Assembly (NCBI GenBank): GCA_035546575.1
Contig: DASZWN010000001.1
Coordinates: 1 to 47,081, forward strand
Reading direction: 5' to 3'
Length of the DNA stretch: 47,081 bases
Source: Minisyncoccota bacterium
GTDB taxonomy: Bacteria > Patescibacteriota > Minisyncoccia > Phycocordibacterales > SBAW01
How positions within the stretch are numbered: position 1 is the stretch's first letter; every line of letters starts with the position of its first letter. Positions 43,646 to 47,081 of the stretch are shown piece after piece. A program made the translations under genes and the position numbers. The notes under the pieces are model-generated. The model was not told the origin of the DNA and searched no databases. It was given only the letters and a program-made list of their open reading frames with translations.

Positions 43646-44494
43646 CTACCTGATTTCGTAGGTGACGGTGACGTCTGAGGTAACCTTGTTCTGCCCTATT
43701 GAGATCTCTGGGGCTGCAGCCTTAGTAGACTGATTAGCCACCACTCCTGCACCATAGGCCATGTCGCGAGCGTAGAGCGGAGACGGATAGCTACCGTTTT
43801 CGCTATAAGACACTACGCGCACCAAGTGTACGCCAAGCGACTTTGCGAGCACATCTGCCTTTTCTTTTGCATTTGCAATTGCCTTATCGCGCGCCTCGTC
43901 TTGTACCATATCTGGCTTGTCGAAGGTAAAGTTGAGTCCCGACACTTCGGTTGCACCCTTGCCGCCTACACCAGCGAGCAAATCGCCCGCTTTCTCGGTG
44001 TCGCGTACTTTTATGCTTGTAGTCTGGCGCACCTCGTAGCCTTTGAGCACTTGCTTGCCTGGAGGGCAATAGATTGCAGCGCTTGTACCGCCAGAGGAGA
44101 CCGGAGCAGATGTTGGGCAGACCGCGTTTTGATACTCATATTGCGGATACACAGAGTAGTCGCTGGTCTGGATATCTTTTTTGTCGACACCCGCATCAGT
44201 GAGATACGCGGTGACTGCGTTTATCTTTGCTGTCGCATCTTCTTGCGCTGCCGCAACCGTTGATTTGTCAGACACTACCGAGAACGAAAAGGTTGCGATG
44301 TCCGGCACGGCAACCGCCTCGCCATGACCCGAGACCGAGATGGTGTTAGTTGCTTGGAGGCCGGCACCTATGTAGCGCCACTCCTTTATCCCCGCTATTA
44401 CCTGTACCGCCAAAAACAACGCAAGCATTGCAACAACGGTTACAATACCGCGCTTAAGCCACACACCTTGCGAACCCTCAAACATGCCTCCCAT
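43646..44494 (-). CDS. SIMPL/DUF541-domain protein (membrane-anchored)
   Basis: 282 aa: N-terminal TM anchor, then ISVSGHGEAVAVPDIATFSFSV...AQEDATAKINAVTAYL...GVDKKDIQTS, typical of the SIMPL (26-kDa periplasmic immunogenic protein) family. Confidence 0.8.
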   Translation of the reverse strand: MGGMFEGSQGVWLKRGIVTVVAMLALFLAVQVIAGIKEWRYIGAGLQATNTISVSGHGEAVAVPDIATFSFSVVSDKSTVAAAQEDATAKINAVTAYLTDAGVDKKDIQTSDYSVYPQYEYQNAVCPTSAPVSSGGTSAAIYCPPGKQVLKGYEVRQTTSIKVRDTEKAGDLLAGVGGKGATEVSGLNFTFDKPDMVQDEARDKAIANAKEKADVLAKSLGVHLVRVVSYSENGSYPSPLYARDMAYGAGVVANQSTKAAAPEISIGQNKVTSDVTVTYEIR

Positions 44495-44532
44495 ATAGCT
44501 ATGAAAATAAAGTTAATAAATATACCTCGCTC

Positions 44533-45228
44533 TTATTGACGTGCCTTGATGGCGTTTATTACAGCCATGAAGTTGGCGTATGGCTGCGCCCCGGATACCG
44601 GGACCTGTACCCCATTCCCCACTACTACCGTAAACGGAGTGCCGTTTCCACCATTACTTTCTGCCTCTTGGGTACCCTGGTCGAGCACGCTCTGATATTT
44701 TTCTGACGATACGCAGGCGGCAAACTTAGTCGAATCGGCGCCCATTTGTGCCGCTAGCTGCGCGTAGTACGCAGGCGCCATCTTACTCTGGTCGTTAAAT
44801 ATGGTGTCGGCAAACTTCCAGAAGCCGTCGTTACCGAGCTGCTCGGTGATACACTCGGCTGCAAGCGCCGCAGGTTTAGCTTGCGGGTGGATAGAGACGA
44901 GGGGATACTCGCGATAGATCCATGCAATCTGGCCTTGCGACTCGCTCACGATGCGCTTGAGTGTTGGATAGACCATCGCGCAGTACGGACACTGGAAGTC
45001 GGAATACTCGACAAGCACAATCGGCGCAGATGGCGAGCCCACAATATGGTCGCTTGCTGTAGGAGCCGGAACATTAGCATTTGCTGGCAGCTGATTGTTT
45101 TCTGCAACAGCCGGTTGCGCCGGATGCGTATTTATAAACAATATCGACCCGGCAATAAGGAGACCGGAGATGAGTATTGCAACCGAGGGAGATAATTCGA
45201 ACTTCTGCGGTTTGGTTTCTTCAGGCAT
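44533..45228 (-). CDS. DsbA-family thioredoxin-fold thiol:disulfide oxidoreductase (membrane-anchored)
   Basis: TM anchor, then VLVEYSDFQCPYCA (the CxxC motif). The ATG at 45228 is preferred over the TTG-opened extension to 45255. Confidence 0.88.
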   Translation of the reverse strand: MPEETKPQKFELSPSVAILISGLLIAGSILFINTHPAQPAVAENNQLPANANVPAPTASDHIVGSPSAPIVLVEYSDFQCPYCAMVYPTLKRIVSESQGQIAWIYREYPLVSIHPQAKPAALAAECITEQLGNDGFWKFADTIFNDQSKMAPAYYAQLAAQMGADSTKFAACVSSEKYQSVLDQGTQEAESNGGNGTPFTVVVGNGVQVPVSGAQPYANFMAVINAIKARQ

Positions 45229-45257
45229 GAGACTACTATACCACCTCTCGCCCAAAA

Positions 45258-45668
45258 CTACTGTCTTGACTTAAGGAGGTCGCGGATTTCCTCGAGCAAA
45301 CGCTCTTGTGCGGGCTTTTCTTCTGGCGGGACTGCCTTCTCCCCTTCCTTAAACATGCGCTTACGTGCCGCGCTCATCATTTTAAATACGATAAATATAG
45401 AGAGCGATATAACAAGGAAGTTAAATACTGCCTGCAAAAATGCTCCGTACTTGACTACAATATTCGGCTCAATCGTGTACGAGAGCGTCTTAAAGTCTAC
45501 GTTGCCGGTAATAATCCCCAGAAGCGGCGTAATGATGTCGCCTACAAGCGAGTTAACGATTGCGCTAAACGCGTTACCTATAATGACAGCGATCGCAAGC
45601 TCAAAAGCATTACCCTTTATGGCAAAGCTTCTAAACTCACTCAAAAATCCGCGTGTTCTGTGCATCAT
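45258..45668 (-). CDS. mscL: Large-conductance mechanosensitive channel
   Basis: 136 aa: FLSEFRSFAIKGNAFELAIAVIIGNAFSAIVNSLVGDIITPLLG. Confidence 0.96.
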   Translation of the reverse strand: MMHRTRGFLSEFRSFAIKGNAFELAIAVIIGNAFSAIVNSLVGDIITPLLGIITGNVDFKTLSYTIEPNIVVKYGAFLQAVFNFLVISLSIFIVFKMMSAARKRMFKEGEKAVPPEEKPAQERLLEEIRDLLKSRQ

Positions 45669-46063
45669 ATCTTTTTCTCTCCTTCTATCTCTTCTAGTAA
45701 ATCGCCCTGGAGCTCATCGACGTCCTCCTGGATCTCGCCCACATCTTCCTGAATCTCTTCAACATCTTCCTGAATGTCCCCCACGTCTTCTTGAATCTCA
45801 TCGATATCCTCTTCGACTTCGGCCAAACTCTCGCGCGTGCGATTGAGGCTCATTTGGATAAAAATCGCTAGGTAAATAGCCTCAAGCGACACTACGGTGG
45901 TAAGCACCAGGAGCATGCGGTCAAAGGTAATAAGCTCGGCTATTACCGCCACAAAGCTCCCAATAAAAAAGATGGTGTGGACTACCAGCGACTGGACCGA
46001 GCCGATCCACCCTGTAATAGCAAAAGATACCTCTTCAAGTTTTTGTTTTTGTCTTGGCGGCAT
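45665..46063 (-). CDS. DUF1003-like 2-TM membrane protein with an acidic hexapeptide-repeat tail
   Basis: 132 aa. GSVQSLVVHTIFFIGSF...FDRMLLVLTTVVSLEAIYLAIFIQMSLNR resembles DUF1003. The tail carries (E/D)IQEDV repeated about 5 times. The stop overlaps the mscL start (ATGA). Confidence 0.65.
   Translation of the reverse strand: MPPRQKQKLEEVSFAITGWIGSVQSLVVHTIFFIGSFVAVIAELITFDRMLLVLTTVVSLEAIYLAIFIQMSLNRTRESLAEVEEDIDEIQEDVGDIQEDVEEIQEDVGEIQEDVDELQGDLLEEIEGEKKI
45704..45811 (-). repeat. Imperfect 18-bp coding tandem repeat (about 5-6 units) encoding xIQEDV
   Basis: Protein: DIDEIQEDVGDIQEDVEEIQEDVGEIQEDVDELQGD. The DNA shows repeated atcttcctgaat-type units. Confidence 0.8.
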
Positions 46064-46095
46064 ACCACATTCAGTCTAGCACTCTACGTTCTCTG

Positions 46096-46168
46096 GGCGG
46101 CTACAGGGAATCGAACCCTGATCGAGAGCTCCACAAGCTCCAGTGTTAACCGTTACACCATAGCCGCC
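46096..46168 (-). tRNA. tRNA-His (anticodon GTG) with a genomically encoded G-1; CCA not fully encoded
   Basis: Hand fold of the minus strand: G(-1), GCGGCTA, TG, GTGT-aacggtta-ACAC, T, GGAGC-ttGTGga-GCTCT, cgat, CAGGG-ttcgatt-CCCTG, TAGCCGC, C73. It gives a perfect acceptor stem, a G-1:C73 pair, U33 and a purine at 37. Confidence 0.9.
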
Positions 46169-46215
46169 ATACCGTCGGGCGCTACAAATCACGCACCGTT
46201 GGGCTCTTTATACCA

Positions 46216-47081
46216 TCACCCGAGCTCTTCGGCTATCTCCCCCGTGCGCAAGGCGCGGCGAGAAGAAATGTACGCGAGGCTGATAAAACCGAGGCCGATT
46301 GTTGCAATAACAATCTCCGGTACATGCACAATAAGCCCTGTGTACATCGAAAGCGCGAGGCCGAAAATCGCCCAATGCGCGCCATGCTCCAGGTACTTGA
46401 GCGCGGCAAGGGTGTTGGCCCGCACCAAATACACCGTGAGTGAGCGGACGAAGTACGCGCCAATACCAAGGCCCACCACAATGATCGGGAGCGAGGTAGT
46501 TAGCGCAAACGCGCCGATAACGCCATCAAGCGAGAACGCCGAGTCAAGAATGTTGAGGTAGATGAAGAGCATGAGGCCCGTACGCACTGCCCCCTTGCTT
46601 TCTACGCCAAGCCCATGTGCCACTCCCTCGGTCAAAGTAAAAAGTATGATGCCGATAATGCCCGCATGGAGAATCGTCTCGACAGAGTCGTGGCTGACGT
46701 ACGAGATACCAAGCAGCATTGCGAGTGCGAGTGCTATTTCTATCGCCTCTACCCTGCCCCATCGCACGAGGCGGCGCTCAAGCGGCGCGAACCAGTGCAC
46801 GTTTTTGCCCACATCGAAAAAGTATTTAAGCGAAACCATAAGGAGAAACGAACCGCCGAACGCTTTAATCGCTGCATCTGCGCCGACAAGAAGTCGCGTA
46901 TATTCCTCGGGCTCGTAGAGCGCGAGCATCGTGATAGTTGCCGGCGAAGTCAGTGCAACCGCACTCACAATGAGTATCGGGAGGATGAGGCGCGTACCGA
47001 CTACAGAAAGCAAGATGCCCCACGTAAGGAAGCGTCTCTGCCAACGTGCGTCCATTTCGCCAAGAACTTTTGCATTAACCA
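46216..47081 (-). CDS. TerC/DUF475-like integral membrane protein (5' end probably beyond the window)
   Basis: At least 279 aa with about 8 TM helices. The motif LNILDSAFSLDGVIGAFALT is typical of the DUF475/TerC superfamily. The frame stays open from the ATG at 47055 to the window edge. Confidence 0.65.
   Translation of the reverse strand, partial: VNAKVLGEMDARWQRRFLTWGILLSVVGTRLILPILIVSAVALTSPATITMLALYEPEEYTRLLVGADAAIKAFGGSFLLMVSLKYFFDVGKNVHWFAPLERRLVRWGRVEAIEIALALAMLLGISYVSHDSVETILHAGIIGIILFTLTEGVAHGLGVESKGAVRTGLMLFIYLNILDSAFSLDGVIGAFALTTSLPIIVVGLGIGAYFVRSLTVYLVRANTLAALKYLEHGAHWAIFGLALSMYTGLIVHVPEIVIATIGLGFISLAYISSRRALRTGEIAEELG

Overview
This 47-kb window comes from a compact, gene-dense bacterial genome coded mostly on the minus strand. 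Genes often abut or overlap by 4 bp (ATGA). Most content is housekeeping: the 5' ~1.07 kb of a 23S rRNA; rplJ-rplL; ftsK; recA; an ECF sigma module; lnt; efp; rpsF-ssb-rpsR; tatD; a NUDIX gene; metG, glyQS, ileS and argS; recO; a thymidylate-cycle cluster (glyA-thyA-dcd plus folA); secE-nusG-rplK; mscL; tRNA-His. Two large Thr/Ser/Gly-rich surface proteins are also present. The gene style (four-helix-bundle gene, rplK not followed by rplA, unlinked 23S, giant beta-rich surface proteins) suggests a Candidate Phyla Radiation / Patescibacteria (Parcubacteria-like) organism; this is inference only. The main accessory element is a diversity-generating retroelement (DGR) at 23260-25503. It has an RT with the LGxxxSQ and YADD motifs, an Avd-like four-helix-bundle gene, and a 137-bp template/variable repeat pair. 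By hand alignment the pair differs at 23 positions, all of them adenines in the template. The layout is atypical: the avd-like gene is inverted, overlaps the RT 5' end, and the RT ORF is N-terminally short. The second notable item is an IleRS (1148 aa) carrying a ~190-aa histidine-phosphatase (RHGE...THG) domain inserted in its catalytic core. Smaller observations include two families of repeated intergenic hairpin elements, a stand-alone 23S promoter, a non-canonical EF-P loop, and CYTH/CofE-like/BtpA-like genes packed around the dTMP genes. CDS coordinates are anchored to the ORF track. Hand-counted coordinates for hairpins and promoters may be off by 1-2 nt.
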